DNA of 64,000 nucleotides from an uncultured Verrucomicrobiae bacterium (lineage in GTDB: Bacteria > Verrucomicrobiota > Verrucomicrobiia > Chthoniobacterales > JAFAMB01): contig CAWIPH010000002.1 in assembly GCA_963837955.1 (NCBI GenBank), forward strand, positions 2,848,001 through 2,912,000, read 5' to 3'. This document shows positions 21,768-32,575 of the stretch, one piece after another. The translations under genes were made by a program, and so were the position numbers. The notes beneath the pieces were generated by a model. It searched no databases, had not been told where the DNA came from, and worked only from the letters and a program-made list of their open reading frames with translations. Each line of letters begins with the position of its first letter. Positions within the stretch are counted from its first letter, which is position 1.

Positions 21768-22445
21768 ATGCCTAACTCACGACTCTTCGGATTCGTCATT
21801 AAGGAGCTAAAGGAAGTCCTGGCTCCGACACTCTTCTTCGCGATCGGATTCAACATCATTGTCCTGACCACCCAGCTCCTTCTCGCTGATTACCTGGTTA
21901 GTTTCGCGAAATTCATGGTCGCAACCGTGGCTGCTCTGGTCGTCGGCAAGTCAGTACTGATTGCCAATGCATTACCAATTTTGCGCCGTTTCGACACCGC
22001 CCCACTAATCCGGCCGATCTTGTTCAAGACCATCGTCTACTGGGCGGTCGTCTTCATGGTTCGATTCCTGGAAAAGCTCGCTGAATACTGCTTCAGCGGC
22101 GGAACGCTCGGCGGAATCTCCGAATACCTGGCTACTCATTTTTCCTGGCACCGGTTTTTCGCTGTTCAGATCTGGATCTTCGTTTTGTTTCTGATTTACA
22201 CCTCGGCTGCAGAGCTGAATGCGCTCTTTGGCGATGGCGAGCTTCTTAAAATTCTCTTCACCAGGCGCTCATCGGAACTGAAGCTAACGCGCCGGCAACG
22301 GATTCGAGCACTGGTGAAGCTGAGCCGGCTGACTGAGGCGCACACGCTCGACGAGTTGGCAGACCGAAATACGGCAGCGCACGCGACATTGATCAGCATA
22401 CTCGGTGGACTGGCCATGCGGAAGACACCAGCTAAGCACTGCTGA
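21768..22445 (+). CDS. hypothetical membrane protein
   Basis: About four hydrophobic segments in a 225-aa ORF. Confidence 0.65.
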   Translation: MPNSRLFGFVIKELKEVLAPTLFFAIGFNIIVLTTQLLLADYLVSFAKFMVATVAALVVGKSVLIANALPILRRFDTAPLIRPILFKTIVYWAVVFMVRFLEKLAEYCFSGGTLGGISEYLATHFSWHRFFAVQIWIFVLFLIYTSAAELNALFGDGELLKILFTRRSSELKLTRRQRIRALVKLSRLTEAHTLDELADRNTAAHATLISILGGLAMRKTPAKHC

Positions 22446-22557
22446 CCGCATGATCGGTAGCGATCTATCCTTTAAATCGATCCCTTCGATACCGCGAACG
22501 TCGGACGGAATGACTAACGATCGTCCGTAATTGAGGAACGAACCGGCGCTTCTGGGT

Positions 22558-25500
22558 TTAGTGTTTGCTAACACCAGCAGGCTGCTCAACCAGAGGCCCT
22601 GCGGGCTCACCTTTTCCCTTTCGCTGAGTAATCCTCTCAACCAAATAGAACAATACCGGGATAAGAAATATTGCGACGAATGTCGCTGACAACATCCCAC
22701 CAATTACTGTTGTCCCAAGGATCTGCCTCGAGGCAGCGCCGGATCCGGACGCCAACCACAAGGGTACACACCCGAGGATAAACGCAAACGCGGTCATCAG
22801 GATTGGACGAAGCCGCAAACGGGCGCCAGCCAAGGCCGCATCTGCGATTGGTTGCCCTTTTTCGTATTCGGCCTTAGCAAATTCGACGATCAAGATTGCG
22901 TTTTTTGCTGCCAGCCCAATGAGCATGACCAAACCGATCTGAGCAAAGACATCGTTTTCGAAAATGATCGAGCTCTGACCATAGACGTCGTTTTTGAAAA
23001 GTCTGCCGACAAGGGCCACAAATGCTCCGAGCACAGCTATCGGCGTGCAGAGGAGAACGCTGAACGGCAGCGACCAACTTTCGTATTGGGCAGCAAGTAT
23101 CAGGAAGACGAACAGAAGCGATAGCCCGAAGATTACGGTGGGCGGCACTCCTTTCTGGGCTTGTTGCTCCTGGAATGACATATCCTTATAGTCAAATCCC
23201 ATCTCCGCCGGCATCGTTTTCGCAAAAACATCTTCCAGCGCTGCCATAACTTGGTATGAGCTAACACCCAATTTCCCATTCACATTTATCTGCGAGCATC
23301 GCCGAAGATTGTAACGCATCGTAAACTCGGGCCCAAAACGCCGCTCGATGCGTGTCACCGAAGAAAGTGGAACCGGATTTCCCTCATCATTACGCACATA
23401 GAACCGGCCGACATCCTCCGGTTGGGTTCGAAATGGTCCATCCGCTTGGACGTACACCTGCCATGACCGCCCAAACCGATTGAAGTAATTGACAAACGAG
23501 CCACCCATAAAGACCTGCACGGCCTTATAAACATCGGACAAATTGACTCCTTGCTTCAGGACCTTGTCTTGATCGACGTCGAGATAAAACTGCGGAACGC
23601 TTCCCAATAAAGTGGTTGTGATCCTGGCAATTTCCGGGCGCTTTCGGGCAGCATCCATGAATTTCTGGGTCTGCTGATTGAGGAAATTCACGTCCATTCC
23701 GGCACGATCTTCCAAGAGGAAAGTTACACCCCCGGATGTTCCAATACCTGGGATTGACGGGGGCGGGAAAACAAACACAATTCCCTCCGGGATCTTGGTG
23801 AGCGATTGATTCGCATTCTCCAGGATCGCTCTGAGATGCTCTTCCGTAGAAGTTCGCTTTTTCCACGGCTTCAAGGTCACAAAGAAAAAGCCGTTATAGG
23901 TGGTGCTGACGCCGCTCAAAAGGCTGAATCCGGCGATGGTCGTGACTCCTTCCACTCCTGGGGTCTTTCGGAGGATATCCTCGACCTGTTTACAAGCCGC
24001 GTCGGTCCTTTGCAATGATGCCGTTTCCGGCAACGACAGATTCGCATACAGATAACCCTGGTCCTCAGTTGGAACGAATCCTTGCGGGATTTTTCCACCC
24101 AACCAACCCGTCGCCAGCAAGACCAGAATCAGGAACAAAATGCAAAGAAAGCCGCGTCGCATCAAAAGGTGACAGACGCGTATGTAGCCGTTCGTCGCGG
24201 ATCCAAAGATTTTGTTAAATCCGTTAAAGAAAAACGCCAATGGTCCTCGGCCAGGTCCTTTTTTGGGCCGCAAGAGAAGCGCCGAAAGCGCGGGACTCAA
24301 TGTCAACGCGTTGAACGCTGAGAAGATCACTGAAACCGCGATGGTAACTGCAAACTGCTGGTAAAGCCGCCCGGTGATTCCCGGAATAAATGCGGTTGGG
24401 ATAAAAACCGCCGCCAGAATCAGTGCAATGGCGATAACGGGTCCGGAGACCTCTTCCATGGCCTTAAGCGCAGCGTCTTTCGGCGACAAGCCTTTTTCAA
24501 TATGGTGTTCGACTGCTTCGACTACCACGATCGCGTCATCGACTACCAGGCCGATGGCCAGAACGAGTCCAAGGAGTGACAGCGTGTTGACTGAGAATCC
24601 AAGCAATGGAAACACTGCGAATGTACCAATCAGGGATACGGGTACGGCACAAAGTGGGATCAAAGTGGCTCGCCAGCCTTGGAGGAAAACGAAAACAACC
24701 AGGATGACCAGCAGCATCGCCTCTGCCAGCGTCTTATAGATTTCCTCCATCCCTGCGGTCACCGCCAGAGTGGTGTCGAGAGAGATGGAATAATCGAGTC
24801 CCGAAGGAAATCGCTGTTTGAGCTGGCCCATCAGCTCCCTTACACCTTTTGCCGCGTTGACTGCATTGGAACCGGGCAGTTGGTAAATGGCAAGAACCGC
24901 CGCAGGTTTGCCGTTGAAACTACTAATCTGTGAGTAGGTCTGAGCACCTAATTCGACACGTCCAACATCTTTGATCCGCACGAAGGAACCATTTGAACTC
25001 GCCCGTATGACAATGTTACCGAACTGCTCCTCTGTTTCTAAGCGTCCTTGCGCCAAAACAGTATTGGTAAAAGCCTGTCCGGCTGGTATCGGCTCGCCTC
25101 CGACCTGCCCCGCCGGATTCACCGTATTCTGGGCGCTAACTGCTCGCTCGATTTCCGGAGTTGTAATGTTCAGTGCGGCCAGCTTATTCGGATCAACCCA
25201 GATCCGAAGCGCATATTGACCCGCTCCGAAGACAGACACGCTTCCGATGCCGGGCACCCGAAGAATCGCGTCATTCAAATTGATGTAAGAGTAGTTGGCC
25301 AGAAACTTGGAATCGAACTGGCCCGTCGGCGAGTATAAGGAAATGACCATGAGCGGCGCCGAAGTCGATTTTGCCACCGTCACACCGTAATTCTGGACGC
25401 TGGAAGGCAGCTGTGACTGCGCCTGCAAGACGCGCATTTGAGTGAGTACCTGATCGGTATTCGGATCGGTGGTCACATCGAAGTTAACAGTCTCCTTCAT

Positions 25501-25761
25501 CGAACCGTTGCTCGCGTTGAGCGAATACATGTAGTTCATGTGATCCACGCCGCTAAGCTGCTGTTCGATCGGCGTCGCAACCGATTGCTCTACGGTTACC
25601 GCGTCCCCGCCAACAAAGGTCGTGTTGACCGCGATTTCCGGCGGAACAATATTGGGATACTGTGCAACCGGCAGACTGAGGAACGAGACGACGCCAACGA
25701 TCACCATGATGATAGCGATCACCATGGAAACGATCGGACGATTGATAAAGAATTTCGACAT
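22558..25761 (-). CDS. HAE1-type RND efflux permease
   Basis: MSKFFINRP start, [30 protein letters not shown]. Confidence 0.96.
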   Translation of the reverse strand: MSKFFINRPIVSMVIAIIMVIVGVVSFLSLPVAQYPNIVPPEIAVNTTFVGGDAVTVEQSVATPIEQQLSGVDHMNYMYSLNASNGSMKETVNFDVTTDPNTDQVLTQMRVLQAQSQLPSSVQNYGVTVAKSTSAPLMVISLYSPTGQFDSKFLANYSYINLNDAILRVPGIGSVSVFGAGQYALRIWVDPNKLAALNITTPEIERAVSAQNTVNPAGQVGGEPIPAGQAFTNTVLAQGRLETEEQFGNIVIRASSNGSFVRIKDVGRVELGAQTYSQISSFNGKPAAVLAIYQLPGSNAVNAAKGVRELMGQLKQRFPSGLDYSISLDTTLAVTAGMEEIYKTLAEAMLLVILVVFVFLQGWRATLIPLCAVPVSLIGTFAVFPLLGFSVNTLSLLGLVLAIGLVVDDAIVVVEAVEHHIEKGLSPKDAALKAMEEVSGPVIAIALILAAVFIPTAFIPGITGRLYQQFAVTIAVSVIFSAFNALTLSPALSALLLRPKKGPGRGPLAFFFNGFNKIFGSATNGYIRVCHLLMRRGFLCILFLILVLLATGWLGGKIPQGFVPTEDQGYLYANLSLPETASLQRTDAACKQVEDILRKTPGVEGVTTIAGFSLLSGVSTTYNGFFFVTLKPWKKRTSTEEHLRAILENANQSLTKIPEGIVFVFPPPSIPGIGTSGGVTFLLEDRAGMDVNFLNQQTQKFMDAARKRPEIARITTTLLGSVPQFYLDVDQDKVLKQGVNLSDVYKAVQVFMGGSFVNYFNRFGRSWQVYVQADGPFRTQPEDVGRFYVRNDEGNPVPLSSVTRIERRFGPEFTMRYNLRRCSQINVNGKLGVSSYQVMAALEDVFAKTMPAEMGFDYKDMSFQEQQAQKGVPPTVIFGLSLLFVFLILAAQYESWSLPFSVLLCTPIAVLGAFVALVGRLFKNDVYGQSSIIFENDVFAQIGLVMLIGLAAKNAILIVEFAKAEYEKGQPIADAALAGARLRLRPILMTAFAFILGCVPLWLASGSGAASRQILGTTVIGGMLSATFVAIFLIPVLFYLVERITQRKGKGEPAGPLVEQPAGVSKH

Positions 25762-25777
25762 TGAGATCCCCCCGAAG

Positions 25778-26959
25778 CTAGGATTGGCCAGCAGACGAAC
25801 TCTTCTTTGATGCGTCTTGTATTTCCTGGGCCTTCCTTGAATCCGTATAAGGCTTGGCCAAAACCTGTATGCCTTGCCGGACTTTTTGAAACCCTTCCAC
25901 AATCACCTTTTCGCCCACCTTCAAACCGTCGGTAACGACAATCATCTGACCAAAAGTCGGTCCGACTTTTATGGCACGGATTTCTGCCTTTCCATCCGGA
26001 CTCACCACCCCTACCTGGTTGCCGCCTTGCAGTTGCGACACAGACTGTTGTGGAATCAACAGCGCGTTGGGGATCGACCCGATCTCGGCACGCGCCGTCG
26101 CGTATTGTCCGGGTCGCAACGTGAGCTCGGGATTCGCGAAGCTGACCGCTATTTGAATAGTTCCAGTCTTTGGATCGACTTGCCGATCCACGAAAGCGAA
26201 CTTTCCCTTATGGGAGTAAGCGCTGCCGTTAGGCAGGATGAGCTCTACTCTTTCTCCACGTTCGGCTTCCGGCACCGCCATCGCCTTCTTCAAAAGGTCG
26301 GCAAACTCCCAATAGGTTTGTTCGCTAATCGGGAAGTAACACCGGATCGGATCGATCTCGGATACCGTGGTCAAAACCGTATTGGACCCGGTTCCAACCA
26401 AGTCGCCAATCTGCGCCTGCGCCTGACCGGCTATGCCGTCCAACGGCGAAACCACCTTGGTGTAATCAAGGTTCAGTTGCGCTGATTCAACTGCTGCCTG
26501 GGCCGCTGCTACGGCCGCTACTTTGGTCTGGTAATCCTGTGTTTTGTTCGTGTACTCCTGCTCAGAGATAACTTTGCCCTGGAACAACTCCTTTGCCCTT
26601 TTCGCGTCCAGCTCGACGCCAAGTAAAGTTGCTTGGGCCTCCTGCAGCTGGCTCTTCGCTTGATCTAACGCCGCGATGAAAGGTCTGGGATCGATCTCGA
26701 ACAACAAATCGCCCTGCTTTACATAGCCGCCTTCCTGGTAGGCGCGCTTCTGCAAATATCCGGTCGTTCTGGCCTTGACATCTGCGTTCTCGGATCCATT
26801 CAGCGTGCCAACCCACTGACGGATCATCGGTACTTCCTTCTGGATGACCTCGGTGACCAAAACCTCGGGAGGACCGGAAGAAACCGTCGACGCGGGTTTC
26901 TGGCATGAAGTGAAAGCTATGACGACGGGCAATGCCGCCCAATAAACAGCCTCTCTCAT
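25778..26959 (-). CDS. RND periplasmic adaptor (MFP), lipoprotein
   Basis: FTSC lipobox; [27 protein letters not shown]. Confidence 0.93.
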   Translation of the reverse strand: MREAVYWAALPVVIAFTSCQKPASTVSSGPPEVLVTEVIQKEVPMIRQWVGTLNGSENADVKARTTGYLQKRAYQEGGYVKQGDLLFEIDPRPFIAALDQAKSQLQEAQATLLGVELDAKRAKELFQGKVISEQEYTNKTQDYQTKVAAVAAAQAAVESAQLNLDYTKVVSPLDGIAGQAQAQIGDLVGTGSNTVLTTVSEIDPIRCYFPISEQTYWEFADLLKKAMAVPEAERGERVELILPNGSAYSHKGKFAFVDRQVDPKTGTIQIAVSFANPELTLRPGQYATARAEIGSIPNALLIPQQSVSQLQGGNQVGVVSPDGKAEIRAIKVGPTFGQMIVVTDGLKVGEKVIVEGFQKVRQGIQVLAKPYTDSRKAQEIQDASKKSSSAGQS

Positions 26960-27110
26960 AAGTTCTTGCCTGTATCTGACAACAGAACCTCTATCCAAGC
27001 GTGTGATCCAAGCTCAGTCCTATTTTTGACTGTCGGAACGGGAACCGCGTTCTCTTCCCAAGCGCTGGCTCTATGTCACTACGATTATATCAATCAGCGA
27101 CTACCAGGTA

Positions 27111-27158
27111 TATAGGACCTTAGTCCAATGAATTGGCTGATTGGACTAAGGTCCAATG
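27111..27158. promoter_or_regulatory. tandem palindromic operator boxes in the divergent MFP/kinase promoter
   Basis: TATAGGAC CTTA GTCCAATG (27111-27130) and GATTGGAC TAAG GTCCAATG (27139-27158); TATAAT on - strand at 27084-27089 and TATAGT on + strand at 27179-27184. Confidence 0.8.
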
Positions 27159-27296
27159 GCGGATGCATCAATCTCTGCTATAGTTATAGCTCTCCGCTTA
27201 AGCGGAGGTTGCCGGGTGGAGAACCGGCGCAGTGCCGCCATTCTGTGGCGAGCAGGGATTCCCGGCCGACCTAAACGAAATAAGAAGGATACCGGA

Positions 27297-29420
27297 ATGC
27301 CCATCCTGCTTAACCGAATCCAACTGCTCGCCTTCATCCCTGTGTTCTGCGTTGCGTGGCTCAACGCCGCGGCCGGCAGGCCGATCGAAGCTCGCGCTAC
27401 CGAGAGCCAAATTCCCGGCGAAGCCGCGGCGCGATATCGGAACCGAACCCCGTGGGAACGGCACAGCGGCCTGATAGTCGCGACGGCTGCGGTCGTTGGC
27501 TTGCAGTCAGCGCTTATTTTGGGGCTGGTTGTTCAGAGGTCGAGAAGGAAGCGGGCGGAGCGATCGTTGCGCGACAGCGAGGAGCGCATGAGCCTCGCGG
27601 CGGAAGCCGCCAAACTAAGCATGTGGGTTTGGGATGTGGCGAAAGATGAGGTTTGGATGACGGACAAGGGACGCGCCCTGTTTGGCTTCGCACCAGACAC
27701 TCGCCTGGATCACGCGGCGCTGATTGCGCGGGTGCATCCCGAAGACCGTCCGGCTCGAAATTCGGCGATTAGGCGCGCGATCGAGGCCCAGGGTGAATAT
27801 GCCATGGAGTATCGCATACTGCTGCCAGATGGGACACTACGCTGGATCGGCGCGCGGGGCCACTGCATGAACATCGGAGAGGCCAAAGGCACCCGGCTCC
27901 TTGGCGTCTCGATGGATGTGACCGCACAAAAGCAAGCGCAAGACGCGCTGCGGGAAAGCGAGGCTCTTTTTCGCAGCTTGGCCGACGCAGCGCCTGTGAT
28001 GATCTGGATGGCGGGCACGGACAAGCTGTGCACGTTTTTCAACAAAGGTTGGCTCGACTTTACCGGCCGTCCGCTGGAGAAGGAGCTTGGCAATGGATGG
28101 GCAGAGAACGTTCACCGCGAAGACCTCGACCGCTGTTTTGAAGTCTATGTTAAGTCCTTTGACGCACGGCAACTGTTCACGATGGAATATCGCTTGCGGC
28201 GAAGCGACGGTGAATATCGTTGGGTTCTGGATAGCGGAACGCCGCGCTTTGCCACCGATGGCACGTTTCTCGGCTACATCGGTTCTTGCATTGACATCAC
28301 CGAGCGCAAGCAGGCGCAGGAACGGTTCCGGCTCGTCGTCGAAGCTTCGCCCAACGGCATCGTCCTGGTTAATGCGCAGGGTCACATAATGCTGGTGAAC
28401 GCGTGCGTCGAAAAACTGTTTGGTTATGGACCCGAGGAGCTCATCGGGCAAGACGTTGAACTCCTCGTGCCGGAGCGGTTCCGCGGCGCACACCCGGCTT
28501 ATCGGGCAGGTTTTCATGCCACGTTTGCGGCGCGGGCCATGGGTGTTGGCAGGGAGTTGTTCGCCCGACGAAAAGACGGGACCGAATTTCCCGTCGAGAT
28601 CGGGATCAGCCCGATTCAAAGCCTCGAAGGCACGCTGGTTTTGAGCGTCATCGTAGACATCTCCGCCCGCAAGCAAGCCGAAGCGGAAGCACTGCAGCAC
28701 CGCGCAGAACTCGCGCACCTCAGCCGCGTCACGATTATGGGAGAAATGGCCGGGTCGCTTGCGCACGAGTTGAATCAACCGCTCGGCGCAATTGTGACCA
28801 ACGCTGGCGCTGCCCTGCGTTTCCTGGAACGCGAACGCCTCAGTGACGAGAAATTGCGCGAACTTTTTCGGGATATCGCCGCGGATGGCAGGCGGGCCAG
28901 TGAGGTAATCCGCACTATTAAGGGGATGGTGCGCAAGCAAGAGGGTGTCCGGCAGCTCCTGCACCTTAACGACGTGATTGCTGAGGTGCTCAGACTGACG
29001 CGCTCCGACGCGCTCGCACACGATTGCTCAGTATTGACCGAGCTTTATCCGGCACTGCCAAAGGTCGAAGCTAATTTGGTGCAACTTCAGGAGGTGTTTC
29101 TCAACCTGATCCAGAACGCCTTTGAAGCCTCAAAAGAGGTGCCGAGAGTCCGACGCCGCGTCATCATCCGCACGGAGCCCGACGGCGACGGCGCGGTCCG
29201 AGCATGCGTGCGCGACTTTGGCACCGGGTTGCCGGTTGACGTACCGGAGCGGGTCTTCGACCGATCCTTTTCGACTAAGCGGGAGGGCATGGGTATCGGG
29301 TTGTTCATTGCGCGGTCAATCGTTGTCGCGCACAATGGCGCGCTCCGCGCGGAGAATGCGGAGGGCGGCGGCGCCCAGTTCTGGATGCGACTCCCGATTT
29401 CACAGGAGCTCGGCGTATGA
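27297..29420 (+). CDS. PAS-domain sensor histidine kinase (FixL/NodV-like)
   Basis: Three PAS/PAC repeats; H-box LAHELNQPL, N-box NLIQNA, GMGIGL; start ATG 27297 preferred. Confidence 0.92.
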   Translation: MPILLNRIQLLAFIPVFCVAWLNAAAGRPIEARATESQIPGEAAARYRNRTPWERHSGLIVATAAVVGLQSALILGLVVQRSRRKRAERSLRDSEERMSLAAEAAKLSMWVWDVAKDEVWMTDKGRALFGFAPDTRLDHAALIARVHPEDRPARNSAIRRAIEAQGEYAMEYRILLPDGTLRWIGARGHCMNIGEAKGTRLLGVSMDVTAQKQAQDALRESEALFRSLADAAPVMIWMAGTDKLCTFFNKGWLDFTGRPLEKELGNGWAENVHREDLDRCFEVYVKSFDARQLFTMEYRLRRSDGEYRWVLDSGTPRFATDGTFLGYIGSCIDITERKQAQERFRLVVEASPNGIVLVNAQGHIMLVNACVEKLFGYGPEELIGQDVELLVPERFRGAHPAYRAGFHATFAARAMGVGRELFARRKDGTEFPVEIGISPIQSLEGTLVLSVIVDISARKQAEAEALQHRAELAHLSRVTIMGEMAGSLAHELNQPLGAIVTNAGAALRFLERERLSDEKLRELFRDIAADGRRASEVIRTIKGMVRKQEGVRQLLHLNDVIAEVLRLTRSDALAHDCSVLTELYPALPKVEANLVQLQEVFLNLIQNAFEASKEVPRVRRRVIIRTEPDGDGAVRACVRDFGTGLPVDVPERVFDRSFSTKREGMGIGLFIARSIVVAHNGALRAENAEGGGAQFWMRLPISQELGV

Positions 29421-30058
29421 CGCATGCTGACACGCTTGTTTACGTCATTGACGACGACAGGTCGATGCTGAAGGCAGTCGGAAGACTCTTAGAATCGGAG
29501 GATTACTCGGTAGAGATGTTTACGGGGGCTCGAAAGTTTCTTGCTCGGGCTCCCCGTACCGGTCCCTCATGCGTCATTCTGGATTTAAACCTGCCCGTAG
29601 TAAATGGTCTCGAACTTCAGGACGCGCTGGCGGGAAGGGGGCGCGCGGAGCAGGTCATTTTCATTACGGGTGGTGCCAGCGTGCCGACTTGTGTGCAGGC
29701 GATGAAAGCCGGCGCAGTCGATTATCTGCCGAAACCCTTTCGAGACGAAGATCTCCTGTGCGCCGTCGAGCGGGCGCTCGAACGTTCGTCCGAGCAGTGG
29801 ATCCAGCGTTCGCAGCGCAAGGAAGTGCGTGATCGACTTGCGACGCTCACACCGCGCGAGTTTGACGTGCTCAAATGCGTAATTGCCGGCATGCTCAACA
29901 AACAAATAGCTTCGCAATTCGGCACAACCGAGGGGACGATCAAGGTCCATCGCGGGCGCGTTATGGAGAAGATGGGGGCGCCGTCCGTGGCGGGGCTCGT
30001 GATCCTCGCGCAAAGGGCAGGGATCGCACCGGCGTCGCCGGATGCTACTAAGGTCTAA
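29417..30058 (+). CDS. FixJ/NodW-type response regulator (REC + LuxR HTH)
   Basis: VIDDD, LDLNLP, LPKPF, LTPRE, NKQIA, TIKVHRGRVMEK; ATGA overlap with kinase. Confidence 0.94.
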   Translation: MTHADTLVYVIDDDRSMLKAVGRLLESEDYSVEMFTGARKFLARAPRTGPSCVILDLNLPVVNGLELQDALAGRGRAEQVIFITGGASVPTCVQAMKAGAVDYLPKPFRDEDLLCAVERALERSSEQWIQRSQRKEVRDRLATLTPREFDVLKCVIAGMLNKQIASQFGTTEGTIKVHRGRVMEKMGAPSVAGLVILAQRAGIAPASPDATKV

Positions 30059-30060
30059 TA
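30041..30060. promoter_or_regulatory. degenerate operator box overlapping the regulator stop codon
   Basis: GATGCTAC TAAG GTCTAATA; TAGCGT 21 nt downstream. Confidence 0.55.
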
Positions 30061-30096
30061 TCCACGCGCGATCTGAGCGAGTAGCGTTATGACGCA

Positions 30097-30228
30097 ATGC
30101 GTGAACGCAGCAAGAAAAGTAACCCGATTGTACGCCTAATCGAAGCCATCCTCGATCTCGCGTTGATCACCGGCCTGCTGGCCGCGGTAAGGTTCCTCAT
30201 TTCAATCACCGCTCGCTTTGTCTTGTGA
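30097..30228 (+). CDS. putative 43-aa single-TM small protein
   Basis: MRERSKKSNPIVRLIEAILDLALITGLLAAVRFLISITARFVL; basic N-terminus plus hydrophobic helix, directly after box and -10. Confidence 0.4.
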   Translation: MRERSKKSNPIVRLIEAILDLALITGLLAAVRFLISITARFVL

Positions 30229-30646
30229 CCCGGAGAAAACAAAATTGGACGTTAACTCATCTGCTGTCTTGCCTCCCGCCGCCGGGAGAATCTGCCTCGT
30301 CGACGACGACCTCTCGATGCTCAGAGCGCTCGATCGCTTGCTCTCGTCAGCTGGCTTGCAGGCACAGTTGTTTAGTGAGCCGCTCGCTTTTCTCTCGTAC
30401 GTTACGTGCAATTCTGTGGCTCTGGCGATCCTTGATATCTGGATGTCAGGTATGAGCGGCCTCCAGGTCCAGAAAGAGCTCCAAGCCGTTTGGCCCAAGG
30501 CGCGCGTCATTATAATTACGGCAACCGACGAGGACTCGGTCCGAAACACGGCAATAGAGGGCGGCGCTATCGCCTATTTCGTGAAACCTTTTGACGACGA
30601 CGCTTTTCTCGCCGCCGTCAATCAAGCCATGGCCTCGGAGAGCTGA
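30218..30646 (+). CDS. single-domain response regulator (start possibly TTG 30245)
   Basis: LVDDD, ILDIWMSGMSG, FVKPF. Confidence 0.88.
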   Translation: MSCDPEKTKLDVNSSAVLPPAAGRICLVDDDLSMLRALDRLLSSAGLQAQLFSEPLAFLSYVTCNSVALAILDIWMSGMSGLQVQKELQAVWPKARVIIITATDEDSVRNTAIEGGAIAYFVKPFDDDAFLAAVNQAMASES

Positions 30647-30848
30647 ACGCGCTGGAAGCGATCTTGGCGGGTTCGGGAATGAGATCTGACATCGCCGTGC
30701 AGGCATACATCGCGACACGCTGCCAAAATTACCGGCAACATCCATTCCGAGGTTGGTTACCGATTTTTTAATACTGCTACAGTTGAAAATGTTGTTTCTT
30801 GCGAGGATTCTCGTCCTCGTCGTCGAATGGCGATGACCGCCCATGCCT

Positions 30849-30897
30849 GGGGGCGCACGTCCGCGCGCCGCGGATCGCGAGGACGCGATCCCTCCCC
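30849..30897. repeat. REP-like element, short copy
   Basis: Reverse complement GGGGAGGGATCGCGTCCTCGCGATCCGCGGCGCG matches the copy at 1896. Confidence 0.7.
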
Positions 30898-30965
30898 AAC
30901 CACCCGCACGAGCACGAGGACGATTTCGGCTTTGCTGTGTATTCACCGGACCGATTGGCGTCCGC

Positions 30966-30985
30966 TATTGCACCTTAGTCCAATA
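30966..30985. promoter_or_regulatory. palindromic operator box
   Basis: TATTGCAC CTTA GTCCAATA flanked by GC..GC. Confidence 0.75.
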
Positions 30986-31074
30986 GCAAACGTTAGTTTC
31001 TTCGATTAGTTAAGAAAAAGAACTGCGTTGGGGGCTCAGATCTCACAATTCAACGCGAACCATCCGGAGTCACA

Positions 31075-31335
31075 ATGAAAACATGTTTTAATTGCGTAAT
31101 CGCACTATTAGCGCTCCTGTTGGGGAACGCGGGGCTGGCTTCGGAGACCAGGGTGATCATCAATTTGTCTGATCAGAGAGCCTCTCTGGTAGAGCAAGGT
31201 AGGATTACACTGGTCTCTCCCATTGCTTCAAGGTAAACTTGGTTGGTCAACGCCGCGCCGAGGGGTAACTTCAGCATTTTCAACAAGGATATCGACCATC
31301 GGTCTCAGAGCTTCGGGTCGGTCGTCGATGCGTGC
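31075..31335 (+). pseudogene. frameshifted, truncated L,D-transpeptidase
   Basis: Signal peptide then RVIINLSDQRA...VSPIAS / GKLGWSTP / GNFSIFNKDIDHRSQSFG spread over different frames; resembles the ORF at 1-318; no catalytic C-terminus. Confidence 0.7.
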
Positions 31336-31519
31336 GGATGCCTCGAGATCTCGCTGTCCTGTTTTTCGAGCGGGTGCAAATTGGAACGCCAGTCACGGTC
31401 ATCGGCAGCACGCACAACCTGCTTCGCGTCCGAAAGGCCCTTCCGATATTGCCCATAGGTTCATATGAGTTGCACCAGCGTTGATGGAAGTGGCGGACTA
31501 AGGAGGAGTGCACCGCCGC

Positions 31520-31539
31520 TATTAGACTAAGGTGCAATA
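31520..31539. promoter_or_regulatory. palindromic operator box
   Basis: TATTAGAC TAAG GTGCAATA; TAGATT 20 nt downstream. Confidence 0.72.
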
Positions 31540-31916
31540 GCGCTTTCGATTCAGGCGGATAGATTTTGTTTTGTAAGCAGCTAGTACGGCGCCCGCCTCA
31601 GTGACTGCGGGACCTGACAGCTGTCGGCTCTGTGCACCCGTTGTAAATCAGAAAGGGCCAAATTATGCTTTCAAGAACTCATGCCGCGCGCGGTAATGAA
31701 ACCTATCGCGTTTCGACCACCTACACATTAAGTGACTTTCCACTCCTGATCGGCGAGATCCTGCGTCGGAGTGAACGCCGCTCTGAGTTGCGAGCTAGGC
31801 GCAGATTGGTTTTTGAGAAGATCAAAGGGATTTTTGTAGTTCGCTGACATTTTCTAAATCGACAGTTTCTCGACCTCATTGGACTAGCTTGCTTACGAGG
31901 CTGCTTCCATGCTCTT

Positions 31917-32351
31917 ATGCAGAATCCCCAGGAACAGTTGCGACGTCTGGACTTTCGGTGCGCCCTTGTCATCGAAGAAGTAGACGCTCTTCGCATTTCC
32001 GTAGCGCAATTTCTTAGGAAGCAAGGCTGGTTGGTGCACCCGATCAAGCGGGCCGAACAGGCGTTCAAAATCTTGGCCTATATACCATATACACTTATTG
32101 TTCTCGACTCTGAACTGCCCGGAATTTGTGGCATGGATTTCATTCGCATCCTAAACGATTCGAGAGAATGGCGAGCGATTCAGCTAGTCGTCATCACGAG
32201 GACGCAGAGTGCAGATTTTGCGACCCAAGTCGCAGATTGCGGCGCATTTCTGGCCTTCGCATCAAGGTGGGAAGACGATCTTTCTAAACTCCTATCAGCT
32301 TATAATGAGAATCTGACGAGAGAGGAATGCTTACAGTTAGCGAGGCTCTGA
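31917..32351 (+). CDS. atypical single-domain response regulator
   Basis: LVIEEV, IVLDSELPGICG resemble a REC domain; conserved KP motif absent. Confidence 0.65.
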   Translation: MQNPQEQLRRLDFRCALVIEEVDALRISVAQFLRKQGWLVHPIKRAEQAFKILAYIPYTLIVLDSELPGICGMDFIRILNDSREWRAIQLVVITRTQSADFATQVADCGAFLAFASRWEDDLSKLLSAYNENLTREECLQLARL

Positions 32352-32507
32352 CTTCCGTGATCTCTTCTCGTAATCTCGTTGTTTCCGGTTAGCAGTCGTT
32401 CCAATGCGTCTCGAAGAGTGAGCGCTCGGCGTGGAAATACGGGTTCGTGCCCGCCGTAGCCGTGTTGACTTAACGCTTAGCAAAATTCGCAGGGCGCTGC
32501 CGGTAGC

Positions 32508-32527
32508 TATTGCACCAAAGTGCAATA
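32508..32527. promoter_or_regulatory. palindromic operator box upstream of FGE/sulfatase operon
   Basis: TATTGCAC CAAA GTGCAATA, perfect 8-bp arms. Confidence 0.75.
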
Positions 32528-32575
32528 TACAATTCAAAGCTGTCCACTGTTCATTACGCCTGCTGGGGATCGCCT

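Noticed and set aside
27837..29021. Long antisense ORFs (also 14686-15510, 33831-34643, 34674-35408, 62353-63012)
   Set aside because: Shadow ORFs opposite well-supported GC-rich genes, with no recognisable motifs
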